This document shows, in pieces, positions 32,257 to 38,823 of a stretch of DNA of 64,000 nt; position 1 is the first letter of the stretch; each line of letters starts with the position of its first letter. Origin of the DNA: a virus. The stretch lies in IMG/VR virus record IMGVR_UViG_3300008116_000076; one strand, 5' to 3'. The notes under the pieces are model-generated. The model saw nothing but the letters and a program-made list of their open reading frames with translations. It searched no databases and was not told the origin of the DNA. A program made the position numbers and the translations under genes.

Positions 32257-32592
32257 ATGGCAAGAAAATCTGCATCTGATAAGAAACTTGATGATATTAA
32301 AAAGATTTTATTTCCTCCTACAAGGGTCCATGAGACAGTAGAAGGTGGTGAAAAAGTTAGATTTATGATTGATTATTCAATAGACAATAATCTATATGCG
32401 GCTCTATCAGACCTACAAGAAGGTCATAACGATCAGGCTTGCCAGAATACAATTAATAAATGTATTGATGCTCTTATTAAAGTTAGAGATATATTAGAAG
32501 CTTCTATGGAACTTGACAAAGAGTCAAAATATATTATGGTAGACATATTGGACGATCATAATGAAGAAGAAATTGCTACCAGAGAACTGTAA
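32257..32592 (+). CDS. Hypothetical protein
   Basis: ORF with AAGGA RBS. Confidence 0.6.
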   Translation: MARKSASDKKLDDIKKILFPPTRVHETVEGGEKVRFMIDYSIDNNLYAALSDLQEGHNDQACQNTINKCIDALIKVRDILEASMELDKESKYIMVDILDDHNEEEIATREL

Positions 32593-32785
32593 TTTTCAGG
32601 ATTTGCCTTCAGAGGCACTTGACATTCTGGAAAAAATGATAGATAATAGGTTCGAATATTTGGTAGAAAAGATGTATGAGAACCACTCTTATGCTCTAAA
32701 TATACACGAAAACAAATATTTGCCCGAAAAGAAAAAAATGTATCAGATTCTGAAAAATGAACTTGACACGGCGAGAATAAAATAG
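32561..32785 (+). CDS. Hypothetical protein
   Basis: 74-aa ORF in series. Confidence 0.45.
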   Translation: MKKKLLPENCNFQDLPSEALDILEKMIDNRFEYLVEKMYENHSYALNIHENKYLPEKKKMYQILKNELDTARIK

Positions 32786-32791
32786 TATAAT
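32763..32791 (+). promoter_or_regulatory. Sigma70-type early promoter
   Basis: TTGACA-17-TATAAT. Confidence 0.75.
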
Positions 32792-32822
32792 TCAAACATA
32801 GTCGGAATTGAGGAGATATACG

Positions 32823-32999
32823 ATGGACGGTATTCAGATTCAGATGCAAGATCCTTCCGGTAACTGGAGAACGTATTCTCTAACCACGAATTTTCCAACT
32901 CAGATTCGCATGGAGATGGAAAATCTAAAGCGGCAGTTCCCTGATGCCAGGGTTCGGGCTGCTGACATGAACGGTCGTTTAATCGACATTCTTATTTAA
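32823..32999 (+). CDS. Hypothetical protein
   Basis: GAGGAG RBS before ATG 32823. Confidence 0.65.
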   Translation: MDGIQIQMQDPSGNWRTYSLTTNFPTQIRMEMENLKRQFPDARVRAADMNGRLIDILI

Positions 33000-33017
33000 C
33001 ATGAAAGGAAATATATA

Positions 33018-33236
33018 ATGACGAAGTATCAGAAGGCTTATGACGCCCTAGTTAACAAGGGTCAGGAACTAACTACTAAGCAGATTTCTTCACGTTTTGG
33101 TATTGCAAATCCTTACGATGTGGTGTATACTCTTCGTGCAAATGGGTTTAATATTGTGAATGAAAAGACTACAAACCGTAATGGAACTTCTACAACTAAG
33201 TATCGTTACGTAGCCTCTAAGACAAAGAAGCGTTAA
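33018..33236 (+). CDS. Small winged-helix DNA-binding protein
   Basis: LTTKQISSRFGIANPYDVVYTLRANGF HTH-like; AAAGGA RBS. Confidence 0.65.
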   Translation: MTKYQKAYDALVNKGQELTTKQISSRFGIANPYDVVYTLRANGFNIVNEKTTNRNGTSTTKYRYVASKTKKR

Positions 33237-33311
33237 TAGTTAGACGCACCACTATAAATATGTGAGTTTTTTCGTTCTTGGGTTCTTACATATATATGTG
33301 GTGCGTCGTCC

Positions 33312-33450
33312 TAACATTTAAAAGGGTACAGGCTCGTGCGGGCGATGCGCAGTAAAACTGACGCCCAAACCTTGTGTGACCGGAAGCCATTGTGTCTTGC
33401 AAGCAAACAATGGTAGGAAGCATAGTAAACCTGTATCCTTCTAAGTGTTA
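33312..33450 (+). ncRNA. Structured RNA of unknown family
   Basis: Closing helix TAACATTTA..AAGGGTACAGG / CCTGTATCCTT..TAAGTGTTA; internal stems GGGCG/CGCCC and CCATTGT/ACAATGG. Confidence 0.6.
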
Positions 33451-33453
33451 TAT

Positions 33454-33527
33454 TGTCCCGTAGCACAACGGTAGTGCAAACGACTGATAATCGTTAGATA
33501 TAAGTTCGATTCTTGTCGGGACAACCA
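33454..33527 (+). tRNA. tRNA-Ile(GAU)
   Basis: Cloverleaf, loop CT-GAT-AA, CCA end. Confidence 0.9.
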
Positions 33528-33582
33528 TAAAAAAGAGTTTGACTTTGTCGCTCTTTCAGGTTATATTAAGTGTGTAAGTTAC

Positions 33583-33659
33583 GGAGCGGTCTTCTAATTG
33601 GTTAGGAACCCAGACTTTCAATCTGTGCAATGCGAGTTCGAATCTCGTCCGCTCTACCA
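33583..33659 (+). tRNA. tRNA-Glu(UUC)
   Basis: Loop CT-TTC-AA, TTCGAAT, CCA. Confidence 0.9.
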
Positions 33660-33664
33660 AACAT

Positions 33665-33740
33665 GGATCCGTAGCACAATAGGTGGTGCAAGGGACTTTT
33701 AATCCCAAGGCTGTCGGTTCGAGCCCGACCGGATCCTCCA
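33665..33740 (+). tRNA. tRNA-Lys(UUU)
   Basis: Loop CT-TTT-AA, CCA. Confidence 0.9.
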
Positions 33741-33744
33741 ATAT

Positions 33745-33821
33745 GGCTCGTGGGTCAGCATGGTGAAGACGCCTGCCTGTCACGCAGGAGATGAGGGGAT
33801 CGTTACCCCTACGAGTCGCCA
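33745..33821 (+). tRNA. tRNA-Asp(GUC)
   Basis: Loop CT-GTC-AC; variant T-loop ATCGTTA; CCA. Confidence 0.88.
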
Positions 33822-33840
33822 TTTACTGGAGATGTGAAAA

Positions 33841-34035
33841 GTGAAAACTAATGAAATTGCCACTGCCTTTCTAGGACTGACTTATCTAGTTGTTATACCT
33901 ACACTTGTGGTAGGTTGGATCTTCAATGTAATGTCTATCTGGCACACAATGGATGGCTCATTGACGGCGAAGCTAATCCTTCGTTGTATCGGTGTCTTTG
34001 TGTTCCCGGTTGGTGGTATTCTGGGATATCTGTAA
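33841..34035 (+). CDS. Small membrane protein
   Basis: Two hydrophobic helices, ILRCIGVFVFPVGGILGYL; GGAG RBS. Confidence 0.65.
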   Translation: MKTNEIATAFLGLTYLVVIPTLVVGWIFNVMSIWHTMDGSLTAKLILRCIGVFVFPVGGILGYL

Positions 34036-34043
34036 GAGTTTAT

Positions 34044-34135
34044 GGGGGTGGGTGTTGGTACACAGGGAGGCCTTATAAGCCTTTCAGCGCCGGATTAGCG
34101 TTCTCGACCTGATTCGATTTCAGGCACCCCTACCA
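34044..34135 (+). tRNA. Atypical tRNA with UAU anticodon (long V-arm, tetraloop D-arm)
   Basis: GGGGGTG/CACCCCT acceptor plus ACCA; loop CT-TAT-AA; T-arm CCTGA-TTCGATT-TCAGG. Confidence 0.7.
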
Positions 34136-34150
34136 ACTTTGGAGCATGTA

Positions 34151-34345
34151 ATGGAAGATGAATCGTTAATAACATCCTTAGCAAAGGATCAAACTAATTT
34201 AATTAATTATATTAAATACTTGGAATCTCTAAAATATAAAAATGAAGTCCATAAACAAGCAATTATAGATTTGACAAATCTTGCCAAGAATATATCTAAT
34301 GCTTGTTTAAGTTTACAATACCGAGGTGGTGGTATTATAGCCTAA
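34151..34345 (+). CDS. Hypothetical protein
   Basis: GGAG RBS; ORF between tRNAs. Confidence 0.45.
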   Translation: MEDESLITSLAKDQTNLINYIKYLESLKYKNEVHKQAIIDLTNLAKNISNACLSLQYRGGGIIA

Positions 34346-34358
34346 TTAATTTAGCTAT

Positions 34359-34448
34359 GGAGAGTTGGCTGAGTGGCCTAAAGCACTCGTTTGCTAAATG
34401 AGCGTAGGAGAAATTCTACCGTGGGTTCGAATCCCACACTCTCCACCA
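34359..34448 (+). tRNA. tRNA-Ser(GCU)
   Basis: Loop TT-GCT-AA, long V-arm, CCA. Confidence 0.9.
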
Positions 34449-34506
34449 AAAAAGTTGTTGATTTGTTTGTTAATATATGGTAATATTACTAAATAGAATA
34501 CGTTTT

Positions 34507-34582
34507 GGGCCAGTAGCTCAGTTGGGAGAGCATCTGATTTGCATTCAGAGGGTCGGGAGTTCGATTCTTCTCTGGTCCACCA
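34507..34582 (+). tRNA. tRNA-Ala(UGC)
   Basis: Loop TT-TGC-AT, G3:U70, ACCA. Confidence 0.92.
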
Positions 34583-34587
34583 AAATA

Positions 34588-34668
34588 GGAGGATGCCGTC
34601 CATGGTGGACAAACAGTCTTGAAAACTGCGGCACCGAAAGGTTGATGGTTCGATTCCTTCATCCTCCG
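34588..34668 (+). tRNA. tRNA-Ser(UGA), possibly 8/4 fold; no encoded CCA
   Basis: GGAGGATG/CATCCTCC; loop CT-TGA-AA; V-arm with GAAA loop. Confidence 0.75.
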
Positions 34669-34678
34669 CAGCTATTTC

Positions 34679-34753
34679 GCTGGTAGGTCGGCAAGATGTC
34701 GAGGCGTTCTCATAAGACGTTAAAGGTTGGTTTGATTCCAACTACCAGCTCCA
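34679..34753 (+). tRNA. tRNA with CAU anticodon (Met/Ile2), divergent
   Basis: GCTGGTA/TACCAGC; loop CT-CAT-AA; CCA. Confidence 0.75.
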
Positions 34754-34835
34754 TGTTTGATCTAGATACACAGCCTTTATGGAGTGTCGTAATGCTAGAC
34801 AACATTCGTCCCAAGGCGTGAGGGACAGCAAGTTT

Positions 34836-34910
34836 TGCGGTCAGGTGGTCCGGAGACCATTCTTGTCTCATAAGCAAGAGAGCCATGTTCGACTCATGGG
34901 TCCGCATCCA
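34836..34910 (+). tRNA. tRNA with CAU anticodon, divergent D-arm
   Basis: TGCGG/CCGCA; loop CT-CAT-AA; TTCGACT; CCA. Confidence 0.75.
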
Positions 34911-34922
34911 AATAACCGTGTT

Positions 34923-35018
34923 TGGCCCGTCACGGTATATAAATCTTCGGGGTGCAAGTAGATAGCGACATTTCGTTCCACCATTTGTTGATACTATCTT
35001 ACCGCTAACGGGCCACCA
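34923..35018 (+). ncRNA. CCA-terminated non-tRNA structured RNA
   Basis: GGCCCGT/ACGGGCC-ACCA stem; CGGTA/TACCG; AGATAG/CTATCT; no T-loop. Confidence 0.55.
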
Positions 35019-35079
35019 GTTATTCAATATTAGGTTTATGGTTATCCTAGTGCACATGGAGTCTCCAAAAAACCATAGG

Positions 35080-35151
35080 GTCTGTGTATAGCTCAGAGGT
35101 AGAGCAGTGGCGGCAGCTAAAGGTTGGGAGTTCGAGTCTCTCTATACAGAC
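35080..35151 (+). ncRNA. Anticodon-less tRNA-like RNA
   Basis: 9-bp acceptor, canonical D- and T-arms, anticodon arm reduced to TGGC-GGCA-GCTA. Confidence 0.65.
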
Positions 35152-35161
35152 TATTTTTTAT

Positions 35162-35239
35162 ATGGGTGTAGCTTAGCCTGGACTAAAGCAACGGTCTCCA
35201 AAACCGTGATCGTGGGTTCGAATCCTACCACCTATGCCA
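35162..35239 (+). tRNA. tRNA-Trp(CCA)
   Basis: Loop CT-CCA-AA, GCCA end. Confidence 0.9.
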
Positions 35240-35246
35240 GTTTTAT

Positions 35247-35322
35247 CTAGGTGTAGCTCAATTGGCAGAGCATCCCGTTTGGGGCGGGAAGGCTGTTGGT
35301 TCAAGTCCAGCCACCTAGACCA
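35247..35322 (+). tRNA. tRNA-Pro(UGG)
   Basis: Loop TT-TGG-GG, C1:G72, ACCA. Confidence 0.9.
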
Positions 35323-35327
35323 GTTAC

Positions 35328-35403
35328 GGTCGGTTAGCTCAGTTGGGAGAGCGTCTGCTTTACACGCAGAATGTCGGCGGTTCGAACCCGTCACCGACTA
35401 CCA
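35328..35403 (+). tRNA. tRNA-Val(UAC)
   Basis: Loop TT-TAC-AC, CCA. Confidence 0.92.
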
Positions 35404-35407
35404 GTTT

Positions 35408-35528
35408 TGTGAGGCAGTATAGTAGGCACGGATGGCTGATGCGTCGGCACATCGAGGTCGGGAGGCTAATGGAGTCGTAACCTTGGGAACCCGTATACTG
35501 AAAAGGGGATGCATACTCGTTCCTCGCA
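35408..35528 (+). ncRNA. GC-rich structured RNA of unknown family
   Basis: TGTGAGG/CCTCGCA closing stem; CAGTATA/TATACTG inner stem; lies between tRNAs. Confidence 0.5.
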
Positions 35529-35537
35529 AATCTATAT

Positions 35538-35614
35538 GCCCCAGTAGTCCAACTGGTAGAGGCGTCGGTCTTAGGAACCGAATGTTGGGAGTTCGAATCT
35601 CTCCTGGGGCACCA
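35538..35614 (+). tRNA. tRNA-Leu(UAG), short V-loop
   Basis: Loop CT-TAG-GA, ACCA. Confidence 0.88.
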
Positions 35615-35624
35615 ATATAAATAT

Positions 35625-35700
35625 GCTTCTCTGGTGTAGCTGATGCGCACGTCTGTCTGAAGAACAGAAGGACTTTGTTTGATTCAAAGGGGAAGCACCA
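35625..35700 (+). tRNA. tRNA-Phe(GAA)
   Basis: Loop CT-GAA-GA, ACCA; preceded by TATAAATA at 35616. Confidence 0.85.
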
Positions 35701-35857
35701 TGAAACTTGTAGCAGGGATTGTAGGTAACACAAAGAAAGTAGAAATATATTGCGAAAGGTCTATTAGACTAAAGGAAAACAGTCTTATAAACCTAGAACC
35801 AGGTGCTTATATAATTGATCTGTTTGTTCCTGTTTTGGTTGTTGTTCAAAATAAAAT

Positions 35858-35934
35858 GCCCTTGTAGCCCAATAGGCAGAGGCAGTTGACTCAAAATCAA
35901 CAAAGTGTCAGTTCGAATCTGACCAAGGGCACCA
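35858..35934 (+). tRNA. tRNA-Leu(CAA), short V-loop
   Basis: Loop CT-CAA-AA, ACCA. Confidence 0.88.
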
Positions 35935-35945
35935 ATATATAACAT

Positions 35946-36022
<77 letters not shown>

Positions 36023-36032
36023 GTTTTTTTAT

Positions 36033-36124
36033 GCGTGAGCGGCAACGGCGGTGGTGTTGCAGCGGACTGTAAATCCGTTCCCTTTGTGGTAACATTGTAG
36101 GTTCGAATCCTACCTCACGCACCA
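36033..36124 (+). tRNA. tRNA-Tyr(GUA)
   Basis: Loop CT-GTA-AA, long V-region, ACCA. Confidence 0.88.
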
Positions 36125-36129
36125 AATTT

Positions 36130-36258
36130 GGGCTGACAAAAACCTATATTTTCTACCCAGAGACAACATGGAATGGCAGTTCTAGTTGGGTTCCTCTGGA
36201 TGCGATATAGGTCCGGTGCATACTAGTTAGATGGGTTCGAATCCCATTCAGTCCACCA
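36130..36258 (+). ncRNA. Mini tmRNA-like / Ala-acceptor tRNA-like RNA
   Basis: GGGCTGA/TCAGTCC-ACCA with G3:U70; T-arm ATGGG-TTCGAAT-CCCAT; no D-arm; long internal helix. Confidence 0.7.
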
Positions 36259-36264
36259 TTTTAT

Positions 36265-36338
36265 TCGGGGATAGTTTAACGGTAAAACTACGGGTTTTGG
36301 CTCCGTCGTTCTTGGTTCGAATCCAGGTCCCCGATCCA
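36265..36338 (+). tRNA. tRNA-Gln(UUG)
   Basis: Loop TT-TTG-GC, U1:A72, CCA. Confidence 0.88.
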
Positions 36339-36339
36339 T

Positions 36340-36414
36340 TCAGGAATAGTTCAATCGGTAGAACAACGGATTCTGACTCCGTTAATCCTGGTTCGAGTCC
36401 AGGTTCCTGATCCA
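36340..36414 (+). tRNA. tRNA-Gln(CUG)
   Basis: Loop TT-CTG-AC, CCA. Confidence 0.88.
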
Positions 36415-36419
36415 GTTTT

Positions 36420-36493
36420 GCTGGCATAGTGTAAAGGTAGCACACGAGATTGTGGATCTTGTAGACTAGGATCGTTACCTAGTGCCAGTACCA
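36420..36493 (+). tRNA. tRNA-His(GUG), alphaproteobacterial type
   Basis: Loop TT-GTG-GA; T at -1, G1:U72, A73. Confidence 0.88.
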
Positions 36494-36502
36494 AAAAAGA
36501 AT

Positions 36503-36530
36503 TTGACTTTGTGACTAAATACGGTATAAT
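36503..36530 (+). promoter_or_regulatory. Sigma70-type promoter
   Basis: TTGACT-16-TATAAT before tRNA-Asn; a similar AAAAGA-TTTGACTTTGT motif occurs at ~33539. Confidence 0.6.
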
Positions 36531-36540
36531 AACACTATAT

Positions 36541-36615
36541 TCCCCGGTAGCTCAATGGTAGAGTAGGTGGCTGTTAACCACTTGGTTATAGGTTCGAGTC
36601 CTGTTCGGGGAGCCA
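36541..36615 (+). tRNA. tRNA-Asn(GUU)
   Basis: Loop CT-GTT-AA, GCCA. Confidence 0.92.
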
Positions 36616-36742
36616 GAATAGTCTGTCACGCTTCTTTTAGCGCACCAGACAGACGGGGGTTGGACGCCATAAATAGTCTCGTGAGGACCCACGGTTAGTC
36701 CTCAACTAATGAATATATTTTTGTTTAAAGGGTCAGAATTAT

Positions 36743-37309
36743 ATGAAAATGAATTTACAATCATATGTGAGAATATATAGTGGTATTGTTGAACCAAATG
36801 TATGCAAACAAACTATTGAAGACTTACGGAATGTCAATTGGCTTAAACATGAATATACTTCAGTTTCAGATTATTCTTCTAGATCTATAAATGGTGAAAA
36901 TGAATTAAGTGTTACTTTTGAACCTATATCCACAAAAAATTATATAGAATCTAAAGTTTGGGAAGCATATAAAAATTATATAATGAGTTTAAATTTTCAA
37001 TGGTTTAATGGATGGAAAAGTTTTACTGATGTAAGATTTAATAGATACGATGAAGGACAGATAATGACTTTACATTGTGATCATATTAATTCAATATTTG
37101 ATGGCGAACGTAAAGGTGTACCTATTATGACCGCACTTGGTTGTTTAAATGAAGATTATGAAGGTGGCGATCTTACAATTTTTGATGATTCATTTATAAA
37201 AATGAAAACAGGTGATATTGTTGTATTTCCATCAAATTTTTTGTTTCCCCATAAGGTTAATCCTGTATTAAAAGGAACAAGATATAGTTTTGTTTGTTGG
37301 GCATGGTAA
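36743..37309 (+). CDS. 2OG-Fe(II) oxygenase (prolyl-hydroxylase-like)
   Basis: HCD...LNEDYEGGDL...FPSNFLFPHKVNPVLKGTRYS. Confidence 0.88.
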   Translation: MKMNLQSYVRIYSGIVEPNVCKQTIEDLRNVNWLKHEYTSVSDYSSRSINGENELSVTFEPISTKNYIESKVWEAYKNYIMSLNFQWFNGWKSFTDVRFNRYDEGQIMTLHCDHINSIFDGERKGVPIMTALGCLNEDYEGGDLTIFDDSFIKMKTGDIVVFPSNFLFPHKVNPVLKGTRYSFVCWAW

Positions 37310-37310
37310 T

Positions 37311-37928
37311 ATGACAAAAATAGATTCTATATTTCCAATACCAATTTATCAGAATAATATAGGAAGACCTTTTTCTAAAAAAGAAAAAGAGTTTGTTTTA
37401 GAATGTGAAAAGTTTTTTAATTTAAATAGTGGTAATACTACTAGTGCTAATAATTATGTTTTAGATGAAGAACCTATGTCAGATATTAAGTCTTTTATAC
37501 AAAATTGTGTACAAGACTATATGAATTGTATTGTAAAACCCAGGTTTGATGTTAATATTCGTATAACACAATCTTGGTTTAATTATACAAAACCTAATCA
37601 ATTTCACCATAAACATTCACATCCTAATAGTTTTATTTCAGGTGTTTTATATATAAATGCTGATCCTGAAAAAGATAAAATAATTTTTCATAGTCCTTAT
37701 TGTAATTATATGTATAATTTACATTGTCCTTCTGTTGAATTGGGAGATTTTAATTCGAATTATGTATATTTCATTAATCAAAATGGGGGATTAATACTAT
37801 TTCCTTCAAAAACACAACATAGTGTTGATATTACACAATCTAAAGAAACACGTATAAGTTTGGCTTTTAATACATTTTTGAATGGTGAAATAGGTGATGA
37901 TAAATCATTAACAGGATTATGGAATTAA
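37311..37928 (+). CDS. Putative 2OG-Fe(II) oxygenase (TIGR02466-like)
   Basis: HSHPNSFISGVLY...FPS..QHSV...RISLAFN. Confidence 0.85.
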   Translation: MTKIDSIFPIPIYQNNIGRPFSKKEKEFVLECEKFFNLNSGNTTSANNYVLDEEPMSDIKSFIQNCVQDYMNCIVKPRFDVNIRITQSWFNYTKPNQFHHKHSHPNSFISGVLYINADPEKDKIIFHSPYCNYMYNLHCPSVELGDFNSNYVYFINQNGGLILFPSKTQHSVDITQSKETRISLAFNTFLNGEIGDDKSLTGLWN

Positions 37929-37929
37929 A

Positions 37930-38520
37930 ATGATGCCTACAATTGAAATTAATCACATTTTTACAAATTTTGTTGCTATAGATTTTATATCAAATAATAT
38001 TCCTGATATAGAAAAATTTTGTTATGATTTACATTCTAAGGATCAAGGAAGATCTCTTAGCAATGTGGGTGGGTGGCAAAGTAATGATATAAATTTAGCG
38101 CAGTGTCTTCCTAAATTATTTTATGATATAAAAGAAAAATTAGATAATTTATATTATTACTTTGAATTTAAAGACGAATTTTTAATTTCCATGGATAATG
38201 CTTGGATAAATATTAATAAAAAAAATCATTATAATTTACCACATCATCATTCTTATGGGTTGTTTTCTGGTGTTTATTATGTAAAAGCGGAAGGAAAAAA
38301 TATAGGCGACGTAGTTTTCTTAAATCCTTGTGTTACTCAGAGTGTTTGTATAAGTGAACATATTATTAAAACTAAAAACCCATTTAATAGTTCTTCATAC
38401 ACAGTAACTCCAAAAACAGGTATGATATTAATATTTCCAAGTTGGATGATGCATTATACAAATCCAAATGAAACAGATAAAGATAGAATAAGTATAGCTT
38501 TTAATTGTTATATTAAATAA
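37930..38520 (+). CDS. Putative 2OG-Fe(II) oxygenase (TIGR02466-like)
   Basis: SNVGGWQS, HHH..FSGVYY, FPSWMMH, RISIAFN. Confidence 0.85.
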   Translation: MMPTIEINHIFTNFVAIDFISNNIPDIEKFCYDLHSKDQGRSLSNVGGWQSNDINLAQCLPKLFYDIKEKLDNLYYYFEFKDEFLISMDNAWININKKNHYNLPHHHSYGLFSGVYYVKAEGKNIGDVVFLNPCVTQSVCISEHIIKTKNPFNSSSYTVTPKTGMILIFPSWMMHYTNPNETDKDRISIAFNCYIK

Positions 38521-38546
38521 TATACATTAATTCTAAGGAGAAAAAA

Positions 38547-38822
38547 ATGAAGAAGTTTTTAATTGTTCTTATGTTTCTAAGTTTAATTGTTATAACGCCA
38601 GCTAATGCTTGGTACCGTTATGGGTATGGCGGATACTATGGTGGTTGGGGTCCAGGTGCAGCAGTTGGTGCAATGGCTGGTGCTGCAATCCTTGGTGGTG
38701 TAATTGGTGGAGCTATTGCTTCACAGCCATATTATGGTGGTTATTACAATGGATATTATCCACGTAATTATTACTATGGTGCTCCTGTTTATAATTATCC
38801 TTACGGCTACTACGGGTGGTAA
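38547..38822 (+). CDS. Secreted Gly/Tyr-rich protein (BA14K-like architecture)
   Basis: Signal peptide (ANA cleavage), GAAVGAMAGAAILGGVIG helix, Y/G/P-rich tail. Confidence 0.7.
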   Translation: MKKFLIVLMFLSLIVITPANAWYRYGYGGYYGGWGPGAAVGAMAGAAILGGVIGGAIASQPYYGGYYNGYYPRNYYYGAPVYNYPYGYYGW

Positions 38823-38823
38823 A

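Noticed and set aside
33312-33450. Assignment as SRP RNA or cobalamin riboswitch
   Set aside because: Only short GGAAG/GCCATTG matches; the core consensus elements are missing and the downstream gene is a tRNA.
35538-35614. Suppressor tRNA or stop-codon recoding
   Set aside because: The anticodons TAG and TGA decode Leu (CUA) and Ser (UCA). No CTA, TTA or TCA anticodon was seen, and core genes read normally in the standard code.
35679-35867. ORF between tRNA-Phe and tRNA-Leu(CAA)
   Set aside because: Its start and stop both fall inside tRNA genes, so coding status is unsupported.
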